Shown: piece by piece, positions 14,282-27,005 of the stretch | How the letters are laid out: each line of letters begins with the position of its first letter | Position numbering within the stretch: the first letter of the stretch is position 1 | Assembly: GCF_018350175.1 (NCBI RefSeq) | Contig: NC_058383.1 | Location: 12,340,001 to 12,404,000, forward strand | DNA: 64,000 nucleotides | Direction: 5' to 3' | From: Felis catus | Taxonomy: Eukaryota | Made by a program: the position numbers and the translations under genes | Notes under the pieces: model-generated | The model's database searches: none | What the model was told of the DNA's origin: nothing | Seen by the model: only the letters and a program-made list of their open reading frames with translations

Positions 14282-15557
14282 GGTTCTGCTCAGGGGTCGT
14301 GCCTTCCGGCCTGGGACCCACGTGGCCTCTTTCCGGACCCCATCCTCGAAGGCGCCATCTGAGACAGTGAAAGCATATTGTGTTTTCTAAAATCTGGCTT
14401 CCTAAAACGTAAACAGCAAGTCAGGAATCAGCAAGGATCTTCAGGCGTCCTCGACTGTTGGGCCTGGACCAGAGCCCAGAAAGGAGTTGATAAGGACAGA
14501 GTAAGACGCTCCCTGAGAAGTGAGAAGCATTTCCCGGATTCCATATCCTCTGTGGGAGGCAGGCCACCGTGGAACTTGCTCTCCATCTGTACGCGCCCAG
14601 GGATCTCTCAGATCTCGTCTCCGGGGCTCTAACTTTGCCACTTCATCACTGGAGTAGAGGCCGGGGACGCCAGCCTTGGGGACATGCTGGATGATCACGG
14701 GATCGGACGACAGCTTCCAGCTGCACTCTTGGGCGACGGCCACAGCCTTCCCAGAGAGGCCCCACTCGGTGCCTGAGCTTGGAGAGGGCCCCAGGGCCTG
14801 GCCAAGTCTGCCCCGACACGGGACTTCTCCGCGGACAATCCGCACTGGGGCTCCCCGTTCAACTGGCCAAGACTTTCCAGGAGCTGCACCCTCTTGCCGC
14901 CCTTCGTTTCTTCCTCCCCCTCTTCTGGGACACGCATCAGGCTGCGTACTGGTCTGACAGCTCTCCCTGCCTATGCCATACTGGTTTGAAGTCTTAACCC
15001 CACCGACTCATCTCCCATGAGAAAAGCTCTCGAGATTCTGACTACCTCTTGGCATCTGTTTCCCAGAGGGCCCGAACTGGTACCGTATCGTCCTGTAGGC
15101 TGGGATACTGAGATCCAGAGAGGTTGAATAACATACCGTAGGTTGTAATACAAGATGCTATAGAACAGACAGAATTTAGGTCTCGAGGGATAAATACCCG
15201 TCTGAAGCCCGACACCTCCACCCCGTTAGCGGATGGGCTATTTAAGACTCCAGACGAGGACGGTTGATGCTGGGCCTGCCGTCATCTGGGATGGGAGGAC
15301 ACGAGGACCAGAAACATGCAGGTCGGTGCCAGAAATCAGCGAGCAGGCAAGAGGGTCCAGTCTGTCACCCCGGGAAGAGCGAGTCAACACAAGTGTCAGG
15401 GGATCCCTAAGACTCGCCGAGAATCATGAAAGAAAGGTCTCGGAAATCCGAATCCCGAATGACAACCTGCAAGTAAGAGACGGGACACAGAAACCCGGAA
15501 AGGGGACTGGCTACCGGAACGCTCCTGAGGAGGTCTACTGACCGGGGGCCTTCTCAC

Positions 15558-15914
15558 CCTCGCCTGCCTATGCTGGTTCTCTGCTGGTGACTTCTCAGAG
15601 CAAACCAGACAGATGGGACCTGAGAAAAGCCAATTTCCTTCTGTGCCTTCGTTCCTTCCAGTTGGAGCAGCAGGGATCAAAACCACAATGTGGCTATCGC
15701 TGAGCAGACATTTCTTGGTTATTTTCCAAGCGATGGGACTTTCGCACGGAGCAGGCAACAGGCTGGCATGAAAGAATAATGCCTCCCACCGCATCTGAAA
15801 AGTTTCCCAACATTCCTGATTGGGGGGGGGGTGCTTTTTACCATCAAAAAAATTCAAAGAGCCGTCTCCTCCAAAATAGTGGCAATTTGGCTTTTTAGCC
15901 ATTGTTCTCTGATG
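15558..15914 (-). pseudogene. Candidate pseudoexon (357 nt; alternative acceptor starts it at 15931)
   Basis: cctcatccacag|CAT ... AGG|gtgaga; 119 codons without a stop, inside ORF 15396..15929. Confidence 0.45.
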
Positions 15915-16530
15915 CTGTGGATGAGGCAAGTCTTAAAAAATAAAATCTGTATTTCACTCATCTCAATATGTACCAGGATTAGGAAATCAGGGCTCCCAGG
16001 TGGCTCAGTCGGTTGAGCAACCGACTCTTGATTTTGGCTCGGGCCATGATCTCAGGATCGAGCCCCGCGTCAGGCTCTGCGCTGAGCCAGGAGTCTGCTT
16101 AAGATTCTCTCTCTCTCCCTCCGTCCCACCCCTGCTCACGCACACGCGCACGCACACACACACACACACTCTCTCTCTGTCTCAAATAAAAAAAGAGAAA
16201 GAAAGGGAAAAAAAGAAAACTGGTAAAACATAGGCATGCAAAATACTTTGCCCATTTGGTCATAAGACAAAACTTTTCTCAACACAATCTTCATATATGT
16301 GGCGTTATACCCATCCTGACCACAATGTTGGTGATGTCCATTTCACAGAAGGAAAAACTGAGGCCCGGAGCAGCATAATGAGTTGGTAAAAGACACTTGG
16401 TGGCACAGGAACCAAAACCCGGGGCTGAAGTTCTTTTCGCTCTGCCAGAACAGCATGCGGTGTGGTGTGGGGGACTCCTCTCTGGTCCCAGACGTAGAAG
16501 AAAACGAACTTCAATTGCCTTAAACCATAC

Positions 16531-16564
16531 TGCCTGAATTTTAAACGGGAACATGGTCACATCC
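16531..16564 (-). pseudogene. Candidate pseudoexon (34 nt)
   Basis: accttccttgtag|GGA ... GCA|gtatgg; DVTMFPFKIQA, phase 2 to 0, compatible with both neighbours. Confidence 0.45.
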
Positions 16565-17530
16565 CTACAAGGAAGGTATCGTGAAGTGTCCCCATCCACC
16601 CTGCCCGGCACCCACGCTGGGCCGTACTCCCTCTGCGGACCTCTCTGCAGTTCAGGATCCTGGGCTCCCCAGTGGCCTGGAGGTTAGTGACGGTGGCCTG
16701 TTTCTCTACATACCTACCCTTGGGGTCTCGCACAGAGTAGGAGCTTTTTTAAAAATATTTTTTAATGTTAATTTATTTCTGAGACAGAAACAGACAGAGC
16801 ATGAGTGGGGGAGGGGCAGAGAGAGAGGGAGACACAGAATCCGAAGCAGGCTCCAGGCTCCGAGCCATCAGCACAGAGCCCGACACGGGGCTTGAACTCA
16901 CGGACCGCGAGATCGTGACCTGAGCCGAAGTCGGTCGTTCAACTGACTGAGCCACCCAGGTGTCCCCGGGGTAGGAGTTTTTTACTGAAAGGTATTGAAA
17001 TGATTCTTGACTGTCAAGGAAATGAGTCTGAGAGGCTTCGTCCAGATAGAATTTCCACGGAATGGAACACATACACAGAGGAGATCTAAGATGCTACTTA
17101 AAGAAGCCCCGTGGGGTGTCTGGGGGGCTCGGTCAGTGAAGCATCTGACTCTTGGTTTCGGCTCAGGTCACGATCTCAAGATCCGCAGGACCGAGGCCCA
17201 TGTCGGGCTCTGTAGTGACAGCACAGAGCCTGCTTGGGATTCTCTCTCTCTCCCTCTGTCTCTGCCCCTCCCCTGCTCGTGCTCTCTCGCTCTCTCTCTG
17301 TCTCTCAAAATAAATACATAACCTAAAAAAATTGTTTTAATTAAAAATAAATAATAAAGTACAGAGGCCCCTGTACTTTGCTCCTACAGAAATCAGGGGG
17401 CCAAGGGGGAGAAGTCCAGATCTTGGATCAGTCAAGGAAAACCTGATCCCACGGTGGCCGAAAACCCGGGGAGCATTGTTCTGAATATAACAGCAGCACT
17501 AATAAAAAAAGAAATGATTTGCAGACTCAC

Positions 17531-17817
17531 TACAATGCTGGGCTATGCCTACCAAATGCCAAACAGTAAATTATAAAACTCAGACAAATGGGTGTTTGAG
17601 TACCATCGAGAAAAAATAATTACATCCAGCCATATCCATCTGTGTCTGCAATAAACCCAAAACCAGTCTGTGCCTTAATTCTGAGCACAGAGGTCTGATT
17701 AATTGCCAGTTTCTCGAACTCTTTAAAGTCTGTTTTTAAACTCAAAGGGCTGCTATGTCAAAACATAAATATCGTGGGTTTTCGTCTTGCGGCCCAGTAG
17801 GCCGCTATCGGTAATCC
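17531..17817 (-). pseudogene. Pseudoexon (287 nt)
   Basis: cgttatcag|GGA ... GTA|gtgagt; 95 codons, 2 stops; SLKTDFKEFEKLAINQTSVLRIKAQTGFGFIADTDGYGWM*LFFLDG. Confidence 0.55.
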
Positions 17818-18424
17818 CTGATAACGTGGACGATTCCCCACGAAAGGAATCGAAGGGATGTCTTTCTGGCGAAATGAGTCCGCTTTCACACGCTCACCCA
17901 TAAATCCACCCTCTCTGGCGGGACAGTGACGCCACACCGTCTCCCGTGTCAGACACGCCGGGTTCACTCTGTTTTCATCCACCTCTTGCGTCCCCGGGAG
18001 CCCCGTGCTGGGCACGGGTCCTGGACGCAGCGGGACAGGAGCCAAGGTTTTCTTGTAGCAAGTTGTGGTGACGGAAGGTGTTCTCTGTTACCCGAGCTAC
18101 ACCAAGAGGTTGTCCCGGGATTACGGTTGAAAGGTTCAGGGGCACCTGGGTGGCTCAGTCGGCTGAGTGTCCAACTTTGGCTCAGGTCACGATCTCCTGG
18201 TTCTTGAGTTCGAGTCCCACAGGGGGATCTGTGCTGACAGCTCAGAGCCTGGAGCCTGCTTCGGATTCTGTGCCTCCCTCTCTCTGCCCCTCTCCCATTC
18301 TCTCTCTCTCTCCCTCTCAAAAAAAAAAAAAAAAGGAATCTGTATTTTTCATGTAGTCAGGGCATGAAGAGACATAACTTAGTGACTACCTAACCAGATT
18401 TCACCTTGATATTCTTTTTCTTAC

Positions 18425-18612
18425 TTTTGCTGCCATCCTAGTCTCGGGCTATGCATCCACACAAATTCGTTTGAAAACTCCAGAACTCATTGAAATTGAG
18501 CAACCCCAGCGAGTGGCTGCATTTAATAGCCATTTTTTAAAAAAAATATCCCATTGTAGCATGGGTTTTAGTTGAGGCGTTTTTGGATCTCCTCCTTGTC
18601 TGGGGAGGCAGT
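18425..18612 (-). pseudogene. Candidate pseudoexon (188 nt)
   Basis: Weak acceptor gtccag|ACT, donor AAA|gtaaga; TASPDKEEIQKRLN*NPCYNGIFFLKNGY*...VLEFSNEFVWMHSPRLGWQQ. Confidence 0.45.
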
Positions 18613-20142
18613 CTGGACACTGATATTTTCCCAAATGCAGTCATGCTTCCAACGGCAAACCCCTCCTGGGGCAGCTGAGTGTCTGAGTCTGCGTTTCGGC
18701 TCAGGTCAGGATCCCAAGGTTATGGGATTGAGCCCCACACAGGGTTCTGGGTTGAACGTGGAGTCTGCTTGGGATTCTCTTTCTCTCTCTTTCTCTCCCT
18801 CTGCCCCTCCCCTGCTTCCAAGTGCACGCTCTCTGTCTCCCTCTCTAAAATTAAAGAAAAAGAAAATAAACCCAGGACTGAACCTGAATCACACAAACAC
18901 GCACGCCTCCGAGCCCGTGTACGTGTCCCACATGGGCCACATGGGCAGCCCGAAGGTTGTCAGGAGCCAATGTGCAAAGGGCATACCTAAGTCATTCCAC
19001 AGCTCTGACCTCAGAGGGGAACAGACCAAGTACTCTCGAGAGGGACGACGTCTCCTGACTCAGGACCCAGAAACTTCTCGATGTCTAACACGAAGGCTAA
19101 TCTTGCCTGGTGGGGCTTCGTGTCATTCCGGTGGCCCAAGCTGTCTGGCCAGGCCTCCCCAACATCTGACCACTGCCCTCGGGTTGCTGGGCCAATGACA
19201 CGTGTCTACCCTGGGACAGAGCTGCCCCAGGCCCGCCTACTCCACCATTTCTACCCCACCCTGTCCCCTGTGGTCCATCTGATGACACTGGGTCCTCTAT
19301 TCCCGCCTCTCCCACCCAGTCTTCCCAGCATCTAGCTACTCTGCCAGCTCCGGACTTGTTTGTGCAGGGTAGAGACTAGCTCAGGTATGGCTGACTCAAG
19401 GCGAGGCCCCCCACCACCCGTCTCTCGTCTAAGCTCGAGGGCACCCCGAGGATCTGAGCTCCTACGGCGCTCCAGGTTCCGGGCTGGACCAATCGCCAAC
19501 TGTGGCCTCTGGCAATCACACCCCCTCCAGGAAGTACGTGCTAATGTAACCTTCATCTCACGATCACCACGAAGGAGCCCCCCCCGCCGAGCAGTTCTCT
19601 TGCCAACTGGTAGGTCTTGCGGGTGGCGTGGGCAAATCAGGGATTCAGACCCGAACCTGTTCGAATCTGAAACTCACGCATTTACTATTGGCGTTTGGAG
19701 TAGCAAGACAAGGTCCGCAGGACTTAGGGAATCCGCAGGAAACCTCGGGCTGTTTTCCCAAATGAGGAGAAGGTACCGGGGAGCTCCCCTGCCTCGCCTA
19801 CCTTGGCTCCTTACAGGCAGAGCTCCTTATTCCTGGTTTTAAAACAATTGTTCCCATGGCAACACCACCCCCCCGCCCCAGCCTCTCTTAGCAACCAGGG
19901 CTGGCTCTCACAACTGCCACAAAGTTGGTTCAAATACAAAATCGCCGTTTGAAAGAGTTTTCGGAGGCAAAACCAAATGGACCGGCCGACCCGAGCTTAA
20001 CTTTTCACAGCGCTTAGGAAAATCACAGCCAGATTTGAAAGCCGCTGGAAACCAGTTCCATCCACCTGAACAATGGGTGGAAAAAGGGAAACGCCCACGT
20101 TCGCAGACCAGGATACCAGTTTCGAATCTAGAAAGCGGTCAA

Positions 20143-20365
20143 GGGGCGCCTGGGTGGCGCAGTCGGTTAAGCGTCCGACTTCAGCCAGGTCACGATCTCG
20201 CGGTCCGTGAGTTCGAGCCCCGCGTCGGGCTCTGGGCTGGTGGCTCAGAGCCTGGAGCCTGTTTCCGATTCTGTGTCTCCCTCTCTCTCTGCCCCTCCCC
20301 CGTTCATGCTCTGTCTCTCTCTGTCCCAAAAATAAATAAAAACGTTGAAAAAAAAAAAAAAAAAA
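20143..20365 (+). mobile_element. Young felid SINE
   Basis: Near-consensus, long pure A tail, TSD aaagcggtcaa. Confidence 0.95.
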
Positions 20366-20449
20366 GCGGTCAATAGAGACGCTCTAAAATGTGAGTTCTC
20401 CCCGACTGACAAAAGGTTCCCAAATCGGGAGTATTTAAGGCTTATAGAT

Positions 20450-21195
20450 TGTATTAGTCCTTTACTGCTGCTGTGACACATTATCACCACCAATTCAGGG
20501 GCTTACACAGAATACAGATTGCAGACCTCACAGTTCTGTCCTTCAGAAGTCTGACGTGGAACTCACCAGGCTAAGATCACTGTGTAAGCAGGGCACATTG
20601 CTTTCTAGAAGTTCTGGGCGGGTGGTGGGGGGTGGGGGTGGGGATTTGTTTTCTTTTCTTTTTGTTGCCTTTTCAAGCTTCTAGAAGCTGCCTGCTTCCC
20701 TTGCCTCATGTACCCCTTCTTCCTTCCTCAAAACCAGCCACACTGGGCTGGGTCCTTCCCCTGACACCTCTTCCAAGGCTCTCTTCCCCTTTTAAGGTCT
20801 CTGATGACACTGGCCTCAGATCGTCCAGGATAATCTCCTTATTGTAAAGTCGTTTGATTGGCAACCTTAATTCCGCCCTTAATTCTTTTTTTTTTTTTTT
20901 TTTTTATTTATTTTTGGGACAGAGAGAGACAGAGCATGAATGGGGGAGGGGCAGAGAGAGAGGGAGACACAGAATCGGAAGCAGGCTCCAGGCTCCGAGC
21001 CATCAGCCCAGAGCCTGACGCGGGGCTCGAACTCACGGACCGTGAGATCGTGACCTGGCTGAAGTCGGACGCTTAACCGACTGCGCCACCCAGGCGCCCC
21101 TCCGCCCTTAATTCTTCTTTGCCACGGTAACTAAGCAATCTCTGGGTCCCAGAGATCAGGATAGGGACACCTCTAGGGAGCCATTATTCTCATTC
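20450..21195 (-). mobile_element. MLT1-type MaLR LTR with nested young SINE (20886-21100 -)
   Basis: Starts tgtattagtcc...gctgctgtgaca...; SINE TSD tccgcccttaattctt. Confidence 0.75.
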
Positions 21196-22467
21196 TTAAC
21201 CCCGTGGATATGGCAGCCGAGGCAGGATTTCCTAAGGAGGAGGACAATGGTGTTTCCAATTTCTCCTCCTCGCGTCCAGAAGCACAGTGCCTCCTCAGCG
21301 TCATGGGTCGCTCTGGTCTCTTCCTCCCGTCTGTGGCCAGTCTTTGCTCCAAACAGCAATGGTCAGTGGTGAGGAGAGGCCCCTAGAACGAGACTCGGCC
21401 ACAAGGAGGAGGGATCTGGCATTCGGGAGACGGGTCTGGACAACCAGCCCTGTTGCGGGGGCAAGGGCAAGGTCGCTGCCAGCGCGGGAGGGGCTGGGAC
21501 TCAGAGCAGCTGACATGTTGACGGAGGTCATCTGGGATGGACGTCGAGGCCGGATGGACGAAGCACGACCCGCTCCCGGAACACGGCTGCAGTTGTCCCA
21601 CGAAGACACGTACGGAGCAGGACATCAGACAAATCCCCACCGCAATCAATGAAAACAGGGGAGGGCAGGACTTACCAGGAAGAAGGGGTCTCCCGGGCTG
21701 GCTCGAGATGGTTCAAGAATGTGCTCGGTCCTGCAGTGACACCCTGGGGAGAGCAGGAGGGCAGGGGCCCTGGGGAGCCTCGCGCCCTGGTGGGAGAGGG
21801 AAGAAATGTGCTCCGAAAATCGAACTCACAAGTGCAAACACACCTGTCAAAGGGCCAAAGAATTGCGAGCTGTTTGCAAAGAGTCAGAGGAGTTCGGGAG
21901 AGGTGGGGGTGGGGGGGCGCTTGTGGCCTGGGGTGACGGGGGTGGGCAAGGATTTCAGCAGGGAGAGGCAGGGAAGCAATAGCGGCTGGGAGTTACCAGC
22001 TGTGTGACTCAGGAAGCGACATCGCCTCCCGTGCCTCAGTTTCCCTGTCTGCGACCGCAGAACTCTTGGGTTACCCTCAAGAGCTGAAGCAAGCCCGGGG
22101 CACAGTGCTGGGAGGGCAGTAGGCTGGCTCTGTTGCTGTTTGTTTCTGGTGGTGTTTTTTGCTGTAGGAACTTAAAACATGAGATCTATCCTCCTGGCAG
22201 ATTTGCAAATGTCTGGTCCAGTATTGTTACATCGTAGGCGCAATGTTGCACAGCAGATCTCCAGAAGGCAGTTGCAGAGCTGGTGGCCTCGGGTCCGAGG
22301 ATCACAGAGGTCATCCGTGTGTTGGTTCTTACACCGCAGCCGTGGTTGTGAAAATACTTCCATTTTGGTGGGAAGGAGGGGAAAGAGGCTGGATGGCCAG
22401 GACAGAAGCAGGTCAGGAAGAGACCGGCTACCAGAGCTCCAGCCACTTAGGACAGGAGGAACCATTC

Positions 22468-22699
22468 TTTTTTTTTTTTTTTTTTTTTAAGTGGTTTGTT
22501 TGTTTTTTTTTGAGAGACAGAGAGAGACGGAGCGCGAGCGGGGGAGGGGCAGAAAGAGAGGGAGACACAGAATCCGACGCAGGTTCCAGGCTCCGCGCCG
22601 ACAGCACGCAGCCCGACGTGCGGCTCGAACCCACAAACCGTGAGATCACGACCCGAGTCGAAGTCGGACGCTCAGCCGACGGAGCCACCCGGGTGCCCC
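22468..22699 (-). mobile_element. CAN-SINE
   Basis: TSD ggaggaaccattctt. Confidence 0.92.
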
Positions 22700-23840
22700 T
22701 GGAGGAACCATTCTTCCAATCTTATTCCGAAGGCGAAAGGGAAGCTGATCGCCTAAAACGTCACTGAAATCTTCTAAACGTGTTTCTTGATTAAACAATT
22801 CATCCGGCAGTTTCAAATAAACAAATCCACTCTGAATAAATTCCTTGAATTTGTGATTTGGCAAGTTGACCCTATTACGAATTAGACAACTGTCAGTCTG
22901 TTGGCAGATAAGCTGCTTTTGGAAACTGACCTCAAACCGGAACTCAGGCCCCAGATTTCCAGTCCCATCTACTTTCTTCCACAAAATATGTCTCCGTACT
23001 CCATGGTAAACACAATCAGCGTGTCTTTATTAGTGTGGTTAAATTTGGTTTCTTTATTTTTGGCAACTTTGTTTTTGCAAAATGCATTTTCTCCGTTTTT
23101 TTCCCCACTTGCTTTCTTTTAAAAAATGCAATGCATCCAAGATGTTAATGGGCTCGTTTTAATTTGCACATATTCTTGTTAATAATGAAATCTACTTCAT
23201 GTGAGTTAATTCACAAACATTTAGAAAGTCTGCAGCGATTCTAGGAGGATTCCCTGTTAATGTTCTTAAGGACTTTCAATGGGTATACTAAGTAGGGCTT
23301 GGTATTAACAGAAATAGCAAACAAATTAAAATTGGACTCTTGGTAACAATTGGGGAAAAAATGAATATGCACACCCTTCCGTATGCAATTGAATCTAGTT
23401 GCACGATGCCTCCTACACATTTAAGAAGAACATCTTGATTGAATAACCGTCATGCTAAGTGTCACTTAAGACTGGTAGGGAGTCACCTGACTTCATCTAT
23501 ATTTCTTCCAGGAATGCACAAGAGAACAGCATCAATCAAATTTAAAATAATGCAAGCCTCACTTGGCATCGATGTTAGCAGCCATCTCTATTTGCGGCTT
23601 CGGCAAATCTTCACGCGAGCCGTGTAATTTCCAAGGAATGTACATTTTATTAACATTCCAGCCTCGGAGACATCTTAAAACCCGCGCTCTGGCCTTGGAG
23701 AATATCCCCAAGATCCAGGAGAAATGTCAAAATGATCCCCGATTTCCACCGTGGATTACAACTTCAAGAACAGTGCCCATCGCTGTAAGGATAAATCTCT
23801 CTTCAGGCTTAATCTCTTTGAGAGTTCCGTTTATATTAAA
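22700..23840 (-). pseudogene. About 1.1 kb of decayed coding sequence, boundaries uncertain
   Basis: AT-rich unique block; frameshifted mosaic GTLKEIKPEERFILTAMGTVLEVVIHGG / GVHIHFFPNCYQESNFNLFAISVNTKPYLVYPLKVLKNIN / ILWKKVDGTGNLGPEFRFEVSFQKQL...FKEFIQSGFVYLKLPDELF. Confidence 0.6.
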
Positions 23841-24139
23841 AGAAAAACACTTTGCGGCGTATTTGTACATAAACACACACACACACACACCGGGATTGAA
23901 AGCGGAGCTTTCCTACATTATCCTGTCTAATATTCACCGCGATCTTCAGTAGTAGGTATGATAATCGCCACTCGAAAGATAAGGTGCCTGAAGCTCAGAG
24001 AAACTAAATGACATTCCCAACCTCACATGACTCATGAGAAGTAGACAGGCATTACATTTAAGTCTCCGGGCTCTGAGTCAATCAATAGTCAATAAGAAAG
24101 CAACAACATGCATCACCTGTTAAATACACAGACCCTTCT

Positions 24140-24925
24140 TTTTTTTTACTTTTTTGTTCCCAGCTCTACTGAGAGGTAACTGACACATAACATCATGCAA
24201 GTTTCAGCTGTACAACGTAGTGATTATGTGTCTGTGTATATTGCAAAATGATGATCACGATAAGGTTCATTAACACAGCCTTCACTTCAGTTTTAGTGAC
24301 AAAGTGTTGTGTGTGCGGTAAGACCTTTTTTAAAATTTTTTTTAACTTTTTAAAAAATTTTTTTATTGAGAAACAGAGAGAGACAGAGCATGAGCAGGGG
24401 AGGGGCAGGGAGAGGGGGGAGACACAGAATCGGAAGCAGGCTCCAGGCTCCGAGCTGTCAGCACAGAGCCCGATGCGGAGCTCGAACTCATGAACCACAA
24501 GATCATGACCTGAGCCGGAGTTGGAAGCTTAACTGACTGAGCCCCCCAGGAGCACCTCTTCCCTCTGGAAGACCTTTTAGAACGTATGCTCTTGGCAAGT
24601 TTCGACGATATACTGTATCCTTAGCAATAATCACCATGTTGTACGTGACCTCCCTAGAACTCGCTCACCTTATACCTGGAAGGGTGTGTGCCCTTTGACC
24701 GCCTCCACCTGTTTCCCCCACCCCCGGCGACCAACAGTCTTCTCCGTTTCTATGAGTTTGTCTTTTTTTGCCCTTGCGTTTTTGGTCCTAGCCGTCCTAA
24801 CAGGTGTGAGGCACCATCGCGTCGTGGTTTTGGTTGGCATTTCCCTGATGATGAGTGATGTGGAGCACTTTTTCATGAACCTGCTGGCCATCTGAATAGC
24901 TGCTTTGGAAAAAGATCTGTTCTGG
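24140..24925 (-). mobile_element. Old L1 3' fragment with nested SINE (24326-24556 -)
   Basis: MKKCSTSLIIREM peptide on the minus strand; L1M-type 3'UTR. Confidence 0.8.
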
Positions 24926-25390
24926 TCCACAGACCCTTGGCGGCTGGCACGCCTGCGGGGAAGTGGCAACTGTGTGCATCGCCACTAACTGTGACCTATC
25001 GCCTCTCACCTGGGTGATTTCAACAGCTTGCTGATGTATCTCCCCGGCCCAAACCTCAACGTCCCAAGGCGCCACGTCAGTTGCCGTCCGTGGCTGCCTT
25101 GCAATACAGGACAGAGACCACATAGCCTGTGAAACTGAAGTTATTTATGATTTGACCCTTCACGGAAAAAGTTTACTGATCCCCATGCTGGAAGTTAGGC
25201 CCGAAAAAGTCAAACTGTAGCCCTACACAGCAGGTAAACAAATCTCTATGGGATGTCAGGGGACTGGAGCTCCAGTCTAAGTTCTGGGAGGGGCTTACTC
25301 TCGTGTGTTGCATCTGATGACATTCCTGTCGATGCACCTCAGTTTCCATATCTGCAAGATAATACAGCTAGATGAGATCAGCGATTTTTG

Positions 25391-26958
25391 TTTCTTTTTT
25401 AAATTGTTTACTTATTTATTTTGAGAGAGCGCGAGCACATGTGCACATGTGTGCACGAGTAGAGGAGGGGCAGAGAGAGAGAGGAAGAGAGAGAATCCCA
25501 AGCAGGCTCCTTGCTGTCAGCACAGACCCCGACGTGGGGCTCGAGCTCACCCCCTGAGATCAGGAGCTGAGCCGAGATCAAGAGTTGGGTGTTTAACCAA
25601 CTGAGCCACGCCAGGTTCTCCTCGATCGATGATTTTTAAACTGGAATGCTTTACCTAGGTGTTGTCTACAGCAAACCCTGTGTGTGAAGCAGGTAAAGAC
25701 AAAGCTATTCTGATACGGACTGGAGAGGGAAGCTGGTGGCTTAATCGGTTAAGCATCTACCTCTCGGTTTTGGCTCAGGTCATGATCCCAGGGTTCGTGG
25801 GTTGAAGCCCTGCATCGGGCTCTGTGCTGACAGTGCAGAGCCTGCTTGGGACTCGTTCTCTCTCTCTCTCTCTCTGCCCCTCCCCTGCTCACCATTTATC
25901 TCTCTCTCTCAAAATACATAAATAGGGGCGCCTGGGTGGCTCAGTCGGTTAAGCGTCCGACTTCAGCTCAGGTCAAGATCTCGCGGTCCGTGAGTTCGAG
26001 CCCCGCGTCGGGCTCTGGGCTGATGGCTCAGAGCCTGGAGACTGCTTCCGATTCTGTGTCTCCCTCTCTCTCTGCCCCACCCCCGTTCATGCTCAGTCTC
26101 TCTCTGTCTCAAAAATAAATAAACGTTAAAAAAAATACATAAATAAACTTTAAAACAAGTTATTCAGATAACGGCTGGAGTTGGAAGCCAGCGTCCTACC
26201 CCATCATCTCCCAGCCTTGCCTTGCGACACAGGGGCTCTTGAAGGGGTCTCACAGTCCCCTACAACCCCAGGCTGAAGGCCACTCTCTGAGTTTCCTTCT
26301 ACAGCTGCCATCCGTGATTCCGAGTCTAAGCCACCGTGAAACCCTCCAAGATTTAATACCCTGCAAAATCAAGCTCCATCTTCCAGAAGCTTCTTCCTAA
26401 CCAAACCACAGCTAAGGTAGACTGGAAAGGAAATAAATAAATAAAGATCATCCGACATTTCCCCCACTGAGCCACAGGGCAGCCTAAAGGGTCCCCTCTT
26501 GCTTTCTGGGATGAACTGGCACTTTCTGTGATCTGTCTTGGGCATTTTAAAACACAAAGGCAGAGTGTCAGCTTTGGGGAGATGTACAGCATGAGGGGTT
26601 GTCACTCCAGTGACACAGCACTCTGGGAAACGGTGCCGTCAGGCAGGGAATAACACCGTGAGTTATTTGTTGCCCGAGCGGAACTATTTTGAGGGGCTCA
26701 CAAGTGCATTGGAATTGCGTCAAAGACTATTTTGGTCCCTAGGTAGGGAGCTACCCAGAAAGATAGCAGGTTGGGGTGCCTGGGTGGCTCAGTTGGTTAA
26801 GCGTCCGACTTCAGCTCAGGTCGTGAGATCGAGTCCAACATCCGGCTCTCGGCTGTCCTGCTCTCTGCACAGAGCCGGCTTTGGATCCTCTGTCTCCCTC
26901 TGTCTCTGCCCCTCTCCCTCTCTCTCTTTCTCTCTCAAAAATAAATAAACATAAGAAA

Positions 26959-27005
<47 letters not shown>

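Larger units (their letters stand above)
15990..18870. mobile_element. Five separate CAN-SINEs: 15990-16215 +, 16745-16967 -, 17113-17358 +, 18139-18334 +, 18665-18870 +
   Basis: Each has a SINE head, CT tract and A tail; all lie between the candidate exons. Confidence 0.88.

Noticed and set aside
18572..19198. 208-aa plus-strand ORF, the longest in the track
   Set aside because: It runs through a SINE and GC-rich flank, starts at TTG and shows no recognisable domain.
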